DNA of 45,566 nucleotides from Escherichia phage vB_EcoS_XY1: sequence record NC_073325.1; one strand, 5' to 3'. The position numbers and the translations under genes were made by a program. Position 1 is the first letter of the stretch. Every line of letters starts with the position of its first letter. Of the stretch, positions 1 to 9,160 are shown one piece after another. The notes under the pieces were generated by a model that searched no databases, was not told the origin of the DNA, and saw only the letters and a list, made by a program, of their open reading frames with translations.

Positions 1-127
1 GGGTCAGTCTGCGGCTTCCAGTTAGCGTTACCAACCGGGTTAAACGATGCGGGGACAACAACCGGCAGAGTCCCGGTATACGAGTACCACGTCTTGCTTA
101 CAGGGTCATACACCACTTTGTCTCGGT
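1..127. repeat. Direct terminal repeat; identical copy at 45440-45566 (circular closure overlap or terminal redundancy)
   Basis: Bases 1-127 match 45440-45566 exactly when read from the sequence. Confidence 0.9.
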
Positions 128-371
128 CATTAACTGTTAATGTCCCGCCTGTAGAAAAGTCCCACGACACGGGAGAAAATCCCGCGCCACGCAACACGGC
201 GGGTAACGTTTTTTGTGTCTGTCCTGTAACCTGATTTGTTGCGTAATCAATATCAGCACCAGTAGCAACACCGCCGGATTTACCAGTAATAACCTCGGCT
301 TCGAAAATCTGGTGTTTCTTGGCGGTCTGTAAATCCGCCAGGCTTAAAACGTCACCGCATCCGCTTGACAT
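1..371 (-). CDS. Tailspike, N-terminal segment (5' end of the gene; continues across the window junction into 42883-45566)
   Basis: ATG at 371 preceded by AAGAGGA; translation MSSGCGDVLSLADLQTAKKHQIFEAEVITGK...DRDKVVYDPVSK runs in frame into the ORF that starts the 42883-45555 track entry. Confidence 0.8.
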   Translation of the reverse strand, partial: MSSGCGDVLSLADLQTAKKHQIFEAEVITGKSGGVATGADIDYATNQVTGQTQKTLPAVLRGAGFSPVSWDFSTGGTLTVNDRDKVVYDPVSKTWYSYTGTLPVVVPASFNPVGNANWKPQTD

Positions 372-383
372 ATAGAGTCCTCT

Positions 384-2939
384 TTAATTAAAACCATTGC
401 TGAATCCGTCGGAGAAACCGCTGCCGTATGGCGCGACGCCGTCGTATTTATAGAATCCGTCGTCATAGTTGTAGCCTGTAATCTTGACCGTGCGGTCGTC
501 GCCGGGTTCGATTGAAGAAACAACTATCTTCTGAGCATTATGCCTTGCTTCGTTGCCGAATGAAAACTCAGTTTTTAGTGCGCTATTCCCCGTGTAGATT
601 GCTTCTTCCGGCGCGGAGAGCATAATCACTTCGCGGTCGTGGCTTCCTTTGATAACGGAGATACTCTGTACAGAGCCATCGCGCTTCTTGAGGATGATGG
701 AGTGGTCATCACCCGGAGTAAACGCAACCGGCTGTGACAGTGTCAGCGTAAGCCCATTAACGGCAGCAACATAGCCGTCCTGTGGCGCAATACGCGAGCC
801 TTTAACTACGCTGATTACACCGCCTGGGGTAGCGAGCGCACCTTCTTCGGTAGCTTCAAACTCTACGACAACTTTACTTAACGCATTGCGCTGGTAGCGA
901 CGCCACGCCAGCCAGTACGCTTGCTGATAGTTGCGCACGCCCTTCGATTCGTATTCCTCGGTGTTTGCCCCTAGTTCTTCCGGGATATAAATAGTTTCCT
1001 GTACGTTCGTATCCGGGTCGATGTATGAGAACGACAGGCTATCGTAGGTTGTCGAATCGTTGAACGTGCGGGTCCATTTCTCAGTACCGGTAGTTTTGCT
1101 GCGGTGGGTGAACACCATTTCAGGCCCCGCGACAGGACGGTCGAATCGCAGCATAATATCCGCACCTTTACGGTACGCAGTACAGAAAACGGCTTCCGCT
1201 ATGGTCTGGACGATGTCCTGCATGGTTGTGTCATAGTCGTCGAACGTGTAGCAGAATTGCCCTGCTAATTCACTTCCGAAATAGGACTCAATTTCTTCCT
1301 GCACAGCAAGTAACTTGTCCATGTTTGCCGTTGTCAGTTCCAGATTGCCTACTGCGGGGTCGCGCGCCAGTCGAATTAGAGATTGTACGGCTTGCGTGTT
1401 CGGTGTCATTACTGTATCGAATACCCCATTGCCGAGGTATTTGTAGCACATCTCGGTCGCAATCATGCGCAGTTCAGGGTTATCGATACTGGCGGCCCGC
1501 GGCGTCTGTTTACGGGCGCAATGTACGGTAGTTCGGTTGCCGTAGTGTGGAGTGGTGTCCAGAGACTGCCCATACAGGTTAATGAATGTTATCTCGTCGC
1601 TTACCGTTCCGTCATAGTCCTTATCAAAATTCGTTATACGGCGCATACGGGCGCGGAAACGAGACGCGGTCGGCAACTGCCCGTAGATAGACGTACCAAC
1701 GTAATCCGTGCTATTACCAGTAATCGTAGCCTGTACCGTGTAAATATCGCTCAACGGGTTACGCTGAGAGTCAATCATCTGGTACTGGAGTTCCACCGTT
1801 ACGCTGGTGCGGTTATAGCCGCCGTCGTATTTGTAGATGCCGTTCTGCCCGACAACGTTCGCAAGCACCCGGTCAACTTCTCCGCGCACCATGTAATACC
1901 AGTCTGTCAGGGATACGTCATAGGTGTCGCTCGGGCCGATAAACGTATCTGAACGCTCTGTTAGGGCGTACGTCTGCCCGCTGGTCAACGCCGCCCAGTT
2001 AGACGCACCGTTTACCGCTAATCTTACTTCGAAGTCATCAACGTATAAAACCTCAAACGAGCCGTTCAGGTTAGTGACATCAGCAACGTCAAAGTTGCTC
2101 AGCACCGCGACATCACCGACGCTAAGAAACTCAGAAAAAGCAGAGTCGCCCGACGGGTCATAGATGTAGCCGGTGGTCGAAGTACGTTTGGCGGTTCCAC
2201 CGGAGCTTGGGTTAGCCCCAATGTCGTTTGGCGCTTTGAGCACAATACCGTCAACGTCGTCATTGGAGTACGTCACATAGAGCTTCTGATCAATGACGTC
2301 GCCGATTTGTACCTGCGGCGATGTGGTGTTGTTCGGTGACGTATACGGCGCGTACACGGCAACAGAGGAACCTGTGATGTCGCTTATCAGGGTGTCGCCT
2401 TCCGTGACGCCATCGGCCTCAATATACAGATGTCCGCGCCCGGCGTCGTAGTACGAATACTCCAGCAAAGCACCAGTGGAGTTGAACGCTTTATACGTCT
2501 GCATAAGGTCGTTAGGGATTGTCTGCACAGTCCCGCAGATGTCATAAGAGCGCTCGTAAGGGCGTGGTTTGTTTGAGCGGTCCGTGAGGCTGTTATTTGG
2601 CGATGTTGTCTGGTTGTTAGTCGCCGTATAGTTGGCGTTTGCGGACATGTTCAGGCCAAACAACTTAGCGATTGGCTTAAGGATAAAACCAAATACCTTA
2701 CTAACTGCACCAAGCGCCCCGCTACCCGCACCCTCAATAATATGGTACACGGCGTCTTCGTCTTTAAGCGCTTCGAAGTCGTCTGTAACATCAGTATCAT
2801 CGCCAATCTCGCCGAGGTAGACGCGCACAGGCACACCGTCCGGAATACGGCTAACAACAAACTCCATCGGCATCCCGACGTGTTTTGTACGGTCGAAAGC
2901 GCCATCAGCGTTTCGCGAGTAGTGCAGGATTATCGCCAA
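384..2939 (-). CDS. Central tail fibre / tail tip protein (host-specificity J-like)
   Basis: 851-aa ORF directly downstream of the tail assembly genes and upstream of the tailspike; call rests on size and position. Confidence 0.5.
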   Translation of the reverse strand: MAIILHYSRNADGAFDRTKHVGMPMEFVVSRIPDGVPVRVYLGEIGDDTDVTDDFEALKDEDAVYHIIEGAGSGALGAVSKVFGFILKPIAKLFGLNMSANANYTATNNQTTSPNNSLTDRSNKPRPYERSYDICGTVQTIPNDLMQTYKAFNSTGALLEYSYYDAGRGHLYIEADGVTEGDTLISDITGSSVAVYAPYTSPNNTTSPQVQIGDVIDQKLYVTYSNDDVDGIVLKAPNDIGANPSSGGTAKRTSTTGYIYDPSGDSAFSEFLSVGDVAVLSNFDVADVTNLNGSFEVLYVDDFEVRLAVNGASNWAALTSGQTYALTERSDTFIGPSDTYDVSLTDWYYMVRGEVDRVLANVVGQNGIYKYDGGYNRTSVTVELQYQMIDSQRNPLSDIYTVQATITGNSTDYVGTSIYGQLPTASRFRARMRRITNFDKDYDGTVSDEITFINLYGQSLDTTPHYGNRTTVHCARKQTPRAASIDNPELRMIATEMCYKYLGNGVFDTVMTPNTQAVQSLIRLARDPAVGNLELTTANMDKLLAVQEEIESYFGSELAGQFCYTFDDYDTTMQDIVQTIAEAVFCTAYRKGADIMLRFDRPVAGPEMVFTHRSKTTGTEKWTRTFNDSTTYDSLSFSYIDPDTNVQETIYIPEELGANTEEYESKGVRNYQQAYWLAWRRYQRNALSKVVVEFEATEEGALATPGGVISVVKGSRIAPQDGYVAAVNGLTLTLSQPVAFTPGDDHSIILKKRDGSVQSISVIKGSHDREVIMLSAPEEAIYTGNSALKTEFSFGNEARHNAQKIVVSSIEPGDDRTVKITGYNYDDGFYKYDGVAPYGSGFSDGFSNGFN

Positions 2940-3295
2940 AATTCAATCTCCGTGTACGTGTCTCTGAGGTCCGCCAGCCTGTCAAGCCGTACCTGGCGGG
3001 ATGCAAGCTCGCAATGACTCACCATCCCGTCGAAGTAAACTCCCGCATGCCACACGATACGACCCCCGCGGCGATAACCCATAAGCACCGCGCAGAAGTT
3101 TTCAGGCTTATCAATTTTTGTAAGCCCCTTCGTGTCACGGCGGCCTTCGTCAAACGCTTCGTTAATTGCCGTTGGGCTTGTAACGTCGAACGCAGGGGTT
3201 TCTAACCCGGCATCCGCGCGGACAATGCGCACGTGATGCCAGCAATTGCGTTTGCGAAAGTCGTAAGGTATGCCCGTGTAGTCGTTAATATTCAT
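2930..3295 (-). CDS. Tail assembly protein with NlpC/P60-like motifs (gpK-like)
   Basis: 121 aa; candidate catalytic Cys in NCWHH and His in VWHAGVY; sits in the distal tail gene block. Confidence 0.45.
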   Translation of the reverse strand: MNINDYTGIPYDFRKRNCWHHVRIVRADAGLETPAFDVTSPTAINEAFDEGRRDTKGLTKIDKPENFCAVLMGYRRGGRIVWHAGVYFDGMVSHCELASRQVRLDRLADLRDTYTEIEFWR

Positions 3296-3807
3296 GTGGT
3301 CAACAGGCCGCGTAATAACGGTATCTCTTTAGGTGTCATCAGTATACCAGTGCTTCGTTGGTTCAGCATAGGTGTACCGACATCTGCGGAAAACTCGCCT
3401 TTCTCCTGATTGATGGCCTGTAACTCGTACACGACAGGGCCGTCCGCAGGATAAGACAGGTCGGTGCCGACGTAACGGCGGAATACAAACTTCGGCAACT
3501 CGGTGTTACTCATCGGGATTTTATCCATCTCATCATCAAGTTGATTGAGAATATCCGGTAGTGTAAACGTCGTCGTCTGGTCCATATCGCTGTTGTTAGC
3601 GGCCCCGGACGCCTCCATCGGGGTGGGTTCGAATGTGATAGTTTCGCCGGTTTCCAGTGTCGCCGTAAGTTCCTGTAGCCCACGAACAAGATAGTACGTC
3701 TTTGACAACAACGGGTGGCTGATTTGCAACGTGATGTAGTCTATCTCGCCGTCGGGATTTGATGCCAACTTACGGCGATAGGCAGCTTCTACTGATTCCT
3801 GACTCAT
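3292..3807 (-). CDS. Minor tail protein
   Basis: 171-aa ORF with start/stop overlap to its neighbours in the tail block; no motif recognised. Confidence 0.4.
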   Translation of the reverse strand: MSQESVEAAYRRKLASNPDGEIDYITLQISHPLLSKTYYLVRGLQELTATLETGETITFEPTPMEASGAANNSDMDQTTTFTLPDILNQLDDEMDKIPMSNTELPKFVFRRYVGTDLSYPADGPVVYELQAINQEKGEFSADVGTPMLNQRSTGILMTPKEIPLLRGLLTT

Positions 3808-3810
3808 AAG

Positions 3811-5211
3811 TTAGCCGTCCACATTAAAATCAATACGAGTGATATATTTACTACCCCACGCAGAATCGGCCTGAGGGATAGTCGCGTAATCATCTACAGC
3901 CTGAACGTTTATCACGGAGCCGTCGGAATAGGTGATGTCGATACTTGTCGCGCCGTTCATTACTACTTTTGCCGATGGCGCTGGGCGTGTTACAGGAGAC
4001 GCCGACGTAATTATTGGTGATGTTGTATTTTGGTTTACCTCTACAGTAGCCGCGGATAATTTAATCCCTGAAACGCCATCCCCCGTAAAGGATCCGGTAA
4101 CTCCGTCTGAATATATCCATGCGTCCATCCGTATGCTCATTGTTTTATCTTCTGTCGCGGTGATCGTCTCCGATATTCGGAACCACCCTCCGCCTACGTC
4201 GGTTACATCTGTACCGCCTGGGCCGGAATAAATGCTACCATCCCGCAAATCAACAACTGCCGAGCCTAATACTGTAGGAAGTTCTCGCACGTACATCCGT
4301 ATGAAATTGTATCCGTTTGCTTTTGCGAAGAAACTAAAAGTAACCATGTCGCCAACACCAACGCTAACATCTACAGTCTGGTTTATTAGGTGGTTACCGC
4401 TTGCGGCGGTAGCAGTTACGTCGTACGTGCCAGCGGCTGTTAAAACACCTGTTTCAGATACTGATACACTCACCAAACCTTTGTTCCAGTTTGACGAAGA
4501 GAAATTGCTTGAATATAGGAATCTGTTAGTTACTGATACCTCTGGTGGCACGCGCCCGGCGGCAACCCCGTCAATAAACGTAAGAGGCCATTCATTGGCG
4601 GCGGACTGTACAAGATTACCATTGCGGTTGATGTAATAAACCTGCGGCCCCTCATACACAATGCGGCTATCAAGAGTCGACGCCAGAAGGTTAATCGGCG
4701 GATACCCGGCGGGGCCTTCATTGCTCCAGATGCGAGGGAACGTCGTCTCATAGTTCGCGTATATTTTCAGGAAACTACCCAGACAATCCCCGTAACAACC
4801 GTACAAATCTGGAAGATTGTTAATCAGGCACTGGTTCTCAAGGTCCTGGAACGGAGATTTCTCCGCGGTTGCCGTGAAAGTAATCGTCCAGTTAATCCCG
4901 TCTTCTGTGGATTCCGCGATGGTTGACGTAATGGTTACCTGATAATCCTCGATACCCATGCCGAAGTCGTGCGCCATCCAGAAACTTGACGCACCGCCAT
5001 CGACTTTCTCAAGGAACGACAGGAACGCCTGCCGCCCTAGTGCTGAGGTAATCAGGGTTACGCTTATTGGGAACACGTCGTAATACGTGTCGCGCCCCTG
5101 GCGCACTCCGCCGCCAGCTAAATCAACGCTCCAGACGTTGTTACGTCGGGTCATTGAGTAGCCTTTCGACACCACCGGCTTTAAACTTGCTGGAAATTTC
5201 AAAGAAGACAT
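3811..5211 (-). CDS. Minor tail / distal tail protein
   Basis: 466 aa, first gene after the tape measure on this strand; AGGAG SD; Ser/Thr/Gly-rich beta-type composition. Confidence 0.45.
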   Translation of the reverse strand: MSSLKFPASLKPVVSKGYSMTRRNNVWSVDLAGGGVRQGRDTYYDVFPISVTLITSALGRQAFLSFLEKVDGGASSFWMAHDFGMGIEDYQVTITSTIAESTEDGINWTITFTATAEKSPFQDLENQCLINNLPDLYGCYGDCLGSFLKIYANYETTFPRIWSNEGPAGYPPINLLASTLDSRIVYEGPQVYYINRNGNLVQSAANEWPLTFIDGVAAGRVPPEVSVTNRFLYSSNFSSSNWNKGLVSVSVSETGVLTAAGTYDVTATAASGNHLINQTVDVSVGVGDMVTFSFFAKANGYNFIRMYVRELPTVLGSAVVDLRDGSIYSGPGGTDVTDVGGGWFRISETITATEDKTMSIRMDAWIYSDGVTGSFTGDGVSGIKLSAATVEVNQNTTSPIITSASPVTRPAPSAKVVMNGATSIDITYSDGSVINVQAVDDYATIPQADSAWGSKYITRIDFNVDG

Positions 5212-5246
5212 GGCAAGATACTCCTATTAGTTTAGGAGATACTAAC

Positions 5247-5897
5247 ATGATGCCAACCGAAAAAGTAGCCAAGAGCATGTGGCTGCGTGCGAATTATCCT
5301 GCGAACAAAAGCAGCAAAACTAAGCGTGCAACTATATGCGATTTTGGCATAAATGACGCCGATTATGTGGTTAGCCCCAAGATAAACGGCAACCGTGAGA
5401 CGTGTCTGGCGTACGCTACATGGCGAGGGATGATCCAACGTTGCGTGGACGCCGAGTATAAAAACAAAAGGCCTGCGTACAGGGATGTAACTGTGTGGCA
5501 TGGGTGGCAAAGGTTTATGTCCTTCCGTAGATGGTGGCTTTGTAATTATGTGGAGGGATGGGAGCTAGATAAGGATATATTCTCTGGTATTAATAAGGTA
5601 TACAGCCCTACCACTTGCATCTTCATCCCTAAATGGCTGAATGTTTTCCTAAAGGAAAAGAAAAATAGGGGAACACCTACGGGTGTTTTTTATGAAGAAT
5701 CTAGAGGTAAATTTAAAGCCTCAGTGAGCTATGATAAAAAAACTATTAATCTAGGACGTTTTGAAACTCAGGAAGAAGCGCTAGATGCTTACATTGCTGA
5801 AAAGATAAGGGTGGCGGAATCAAGAAGATGTGAGATAGAGGCGATAAGGGAAGGTATGTTCGACCGCGTTATCGCCTTGATAAAAGAGGGTCGTTAG
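5247..5897 (+). CDS. Homing-endonuclease-like protein (HNH-associated family with AP2-type DNA-binding domain)
   Basis: AGGAGA SD 7 nt before ATG; motifs YATWRGMIQRC, WELDKDIFSGINKVYSPTTCIFIP and AP2-like INLGRFETQEEALDAYIAE; opposite strand to the flanking tail genes. Confidence 0.45.
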   Translation: MMPTEKVAKSMWLRANYPANKSSKTKRATICDFGINDADYVVSPKINGNRETCLAYATWRGMIQRCVDAEYKNKRPAYRDVTVWHGWQRFMSFRRWWLCNYVEGWELDKDIFSGINKVYSPTTCIFIPKWLNVFLKEKKNRGTPTGVFYEESRGKFKASVSYDKKTINLGRFETQEEALDAYIAEKIRVAESRRCEIEAIREGMFDRVIALIKEGR

Positions 5898-5913
5898 CCC
5901 AGAGGCTGGAGAA

Positions 5914-5933
5914 ATAAGGCCCTTTCGGGCCTT
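5914..5933. terminator. Stem-loop terminator between the endonuclease-like gene and the tape measure gene
   Basis: AAGGCCC-TTTC-GGGCCTT hairpin followed by TTATGTTA. Confidence 0.5.
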
Positions 5934-5940
5934 TATGTTA

Positions 5941-8280
5941 TTACTTAAAGCCAGGTGCGTTTCTTGTAGCCTTCCTCGCTTTCGATATTTTGCTGTTGCT
6001 GTTCTGTAGCGAAGCAGCCACCTGCTCTTCTATGATGATGCGCAAACGGCCTTCGTCATCCTGCTCGGTAGATACGTTGCCAATCTGACTCGATGTGTTA
6101 TTTACAATGGTAACATTAGATGGGCCAGAAGAAGACCCATTTTGCCCCATAATTTCTTTCATCTGCTGCGCAGTTCGTACGCGCGATGCACCAGCAGGCA
6201 TGATAACTTCTGGTTTACCGCGTTCGGCGATGGTGGAAGCCTGCCCTGCGGATAACTGTCCGCCCTGCTCACGAGCGGACCTGATAGCGGAAATCTGCGC
6301 CATACCCGCCCCGACGGCAGCGGCAGCGGCTACAGGGGCCAGGAACGGGCCGACTACAGGGATAGCCGCCGTTGATTTATACGCCTCAATAGCTGCGGTG
6401 TACGTGGCAATAGTGGCCTGTACGATAGCGAATGCCTTATACGCGCCAGAAGCCTCACCCAACGCAGACCCGATGTTTGAGGCCATGTTGCCAAAGGCCG
6501 TTGCCGTTGCGTCGGCGCGCTTCGTAGCATACTGCTCATTGATAGCGTTAAGCGCCGCCTGATACTGTTTCTCGCTAATCAAACCCTGCTCGCGGTACTT
6601 ATCCGCTACCGCCAGTTTCTGCTGTTCCTGGATGTCGAGAAGCTCAAGCTCGGTGGCATTCTGACCCATAATCTGGGCCATGAAGTCTTCACCTTTCTGG
6701 TTCTTTTCCTGCCGTTCTTTCTCTCGCTTGGCGAGTTCTTCCTGTCGTGCGGTGTCAGCTTCCAGCATAATTTGAGTTTTGGCGTTCTCGTATTGCTGGT
6801 CGCTAAGAAGCTGGTTGCCGTAAAACTCTTGTAGCTTGGTTAACTGTTGCTCCTGATTAGCTTCTATTTTCTGGAATACATCATCATTGAGATGAATAGA
6901 CTGGTAGTAGAAATCCTCAGCGGCTTTCTTCTGGCGCTCGAACGCATCCGCGGCTTTCTTAGCGGCTTTTGCCCCCGCGCTATCATCCTCGGACCCGCCA
7001 CCAGTACCGGTTACCTTAAATTTACTAAGCCCTTCTGCCTTAGCGGCTTCTTTGTCGATGTCATATGCCGCGCGTTTAAGCGCGACGATATTTTGCTGAG
7101 CCTCCACCTGTTCGCGGAAACTTTTACGGGTCAGGTCCGCAACATCACGCTGAGTATCCAGTGCCATACCCAGCTGGAAGTTAATGTTTTTTGCTACGTC
7201 TACCGATTCACCTGGTGTGAAGGCTGCTTTCACCAACCGGCCAGCATCCTGCGCCCCTTTAACCATATCTTCAAAGAAACGCTCCATCGCGGTAAATTCT
7301 TCCGCGATGAAATCTAGCGCATCGGCGGCTGATTCTGCGATGGTTGTCGCCGTTTGTTCACCGCTATCGGTGATACTTTTACTGCTAAAATCCCAGAGTT
7401 CATTCAGCCCGTTTATCGCGTCGCCTACGAAACCAAATGCCGCGTCGAACGACATCTCTATCGCGCTTCCTACTTCCGACGCGATGTCACCCCACATACG
7501 CATCTCTGCGGCAAGTTCACCGGATGCAACCTGTGCGTTAAGTTCCTGGATTAAATCATCGATGTACCGGATAGGTTCCGCAAGAGCACCAACATCAAGG
7601 CTGGTAGCCAGTGTCATTTTTAACTGCGACCAGGAATCGCTGGCACTGGCGATAGCCCCATTAAGCGTGTTAGCCTGGTCCGCCATAGCCCCAGCGAAGT
7701 TTACGTTACCAATGTTGAGCAGGTATTGCTCGATATCGGCAGCGCTCTTCTTAACCACCGTAGTAGTGCCCTGGAATGTAAATTCAACATCGTCTTTGTT
7801 CTGCTTAGCCTTGATGCCGAATTCTTTAAGGCGCTCAAATTCAAACGTACTGGCGTCCGCAACGGCCTCAATCATCTGATTTAGGTCTTTACCCATAGCA
7901 GCGGCGGTGTTGCCATAGGAGCGCAACGCTTCTTCTGATGGTGTAAGACCAAGCGCCACAAGTTTACGGAATCCCTCTACTGCCTGTTCAAGACCATACG
8001 GAGTGTCGCGCGCGAAGTCTTGCAGGATGCTTAATGCCTGTCTTGCCCCCTGCGTGCTTCCGGTTAGTGTTTTCAGGCTGGCGGACATCTTATCCAGTTG
8101 CCGTTGGGAGTCTACTAGTTCCTGTGCGGCCTTGTACGCGGTAGCAGCGACGATGGAAGCGAGGCCCGCTACCGCGGCCCCGGCTACCTTTGCGGACTTG
8201 GAAAGGTTATCAAGACGGTCTGAGGTAGCTTTCGCGCCTTGCTCTGATACTTTTACAACTAAACTAGCTACATCAGCCAT
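5941..8280 (-). CDS. Tail tape measure protein
   Basis: 779 aa, Ala/Gln/Glu-rich coiled-coil composition, immediately after the G/GT chaperone pair. Confidence 0.85.
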   Translation of the reverse strand: MADVASLVVKVSEQGAKATSDRLDNLSKSAKVAGAAVAGLASIVAATAYKAAQELVDSQRQLDKMSASLKTLTGSTQGARQALSILQDFARDTPYGLEQAVEGFRKLVALGLTPSEEALRSYGNTAAAMGKDLNQMIEAVADASTFEFERLKEFGIKAKQNKDDVEFTFQGTTTVVKKSAADIEQYLLNIGNVNFAGAMADQANTLNGAIASASDSWSQLKMTLATSLDVGALAEPIRYIDDLIQELNAQVASGELAAEMRMWGDIASEVGSAIEMSFDAAFGFVGDAINGLNELWDFSSKSITDSGEQTATTIAESAADALDFIAEEFTAMERFFEDMVKGAQDAGRLVKAAFTPGESVDVAKNINFQLGMALDTQRDVADLTRKSFREQVEAQQNIVALKRAAYDIDKEAAKAEGLSKFKVTGTGGGSEDDSAGAKAAKKAADAFERQKKAAEDFYYQSIHLNDDVFQKIEANQEQQLTKLQEFYGNQLLSDQQYENAKTQIMLEADTARQEELAKREKERQEKNQKGEDFMAQIMGQNATELELLDIQEQQKLAVADKYREQGLISEKQYQAALNAINEQYATKRADATATAFGNMASNIGSALGEASGAYKAFAIVQATIATYTAAIEAYKSTAAIPVVGPFLAPVAAAAAVGAGMAQISAIRSAREQGGQLSAGQASTIAERGKPEVIMPAGASRVRTAQQMKEIMGQNGSSSGPSNVTIVNNTSSQIGNVSTEQDDEGRLRIIIEEQVAASLQNSNSKISKARKATRNAPGFK

Positions 8281-8632
8281 CGTTTCTGCCCTCGAAAATA
8301 GCGTCTAAGCTCATGATGATGTCAGATTCAAACATGTCTATATTCTGGCCCGAAACGGTGCTGTATGCCACTAAATCCGACCATCTTAACTGTTCGCGCG
8401 GGTACATCTTGATGCCGTCGTCATCCACTCGGCGGGTAAATTTGATTTCCCGGTACTTCTCGAAGGTGGTTAATAGCTCAGGGGGGCATTCTGGCCCGGT
8501 ATCCTGCGTTGCTTCCGGCGCGTCTTGCATAACCCCCATAGCAATTAGCGCGGCTTTATGTCCGTCGGCAATGCTGTCAAACTCCCGCCGTTTGTGGCGG
8601 GTTATGAAGTTCCAACGGGCAAACTGGAGCAA
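8273..8632 (-). CDS. Tail assembly chaperone frameshift extension (T segment of a G-T fusion)
   Basis: ORF in the -1 frame relative to the upstream chaperone, open across its stop codon; typical G/GT arrangement before a tape measure gene. Confidence 0.5.
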   Translation of the reverse strand: MLQFARWNFITRHKRREFDSIADGHKAALIAMGVMQDAPEATQDTGPECPPELLTTFEKYREIKFTRRVDDDGIKMYPREQLRWSDLVAYSTVSGQNIDMFESDIIMSLDAIFEGRNDG

Positions 8633-8637
8633 CGCGT

Positions 8638-9054
8638 CTACTTTTCCTGCAATTGGTGAAGCTGTTCGTTGTGGAAAACAACAACGTGTTCAGCGAGGCG
8701 TTTATATTGTGAGAAAAGAGTGTTCAGGTTCTCTTTATTAAATTCATCGTCGAGACTCCAACCGTTAACCAGTTCAAGTGCTAACTGGCGGTTAAGGTCC
8801 GTCGCGGCGTCTTCCATCTTAATATTGTATTCCGAGAAATCTTTCAGTTCCTCACATTTATCACGAAGCGGTTTCAATTTACCTAATGCCGCGCGGTACG
8901 CAAGTGTAAACGCCCTCATAGCTTTAACGGCAACGTCTGCCTCCGGTGAAACAACGTTCAGCCACTCCCCTGAATCGGTGCCGTCTTTCAGTGGTATTGG
9001 CATACGGGCGCCTTTTTCTGCCTCAGCTTCGTAATAAAAATCAGAAAGTTTCAT
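8638..9054 (-). CDS. Tail assembly chaperone (G-like)
   Basis: 138 aa, acidic, directly upstream of the -1 frame ORF and the tape measure; AAAGGA SD. Confidence 0.55.
   Translation of the reverse strand: MKLSDFYYEAEAEKGARMPIPLKDGTDSGEWLNVVSPEADVAVKAMRAFTLAYRAALGKLKPLRDKCEELKDFSEYNIKMEDAATDLNRQLALELVNGWSLDDEFNKENLNTLFSQYKRLAEHVVVFHNEQLHQLQEK
8641..8647 (-). other. Putative -1 programmed ribosomal frameshift site (GAAAAG followed by the TAG stop)
   Basis: A-rich slippery run at the last codons of 8638-9054; the -1 frame continues without a stop into 8273-8632. Confidence 0.4.
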
Positions 9055-9160
9055 TCTTTAATCCTTTGGTTAAGAGGTTACTGGTTAAGGTTAATGCGCC
9101 AGACGGGAACCACCCGCTTTTCGTGTGCGACACTAGGCGCAAAATAATTCTAACACATTA

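Noticed and set aside
1-127. The 127-bp terminal repeat as a biological direct terminal repeat marking fixed genome ends
   Set aside because: The repeat lies inside the tailspike coding sequence and the reading frame is continuous across it, which is what a circular assembly overlap produces. Physical ends cannot be inferred from sequence alone.
971-2163. Track ORFs 971-1165 (minus), 1226-1531, 1383-1952 and 1924-2163 (plus) inside or antisense to the 851-aa tail fibre gene
   Set aside because: They are fully contained in, or antisense to, a long well-supported gene, have no ribosome-binding site and have odd Arg/Cys-rich composition. The same applies to other embedded ORFs such as 6095-6562, 7184-7879, 12666-13571, 16696-17481, 17662-18144, 21151-21552 and 31429-32000.
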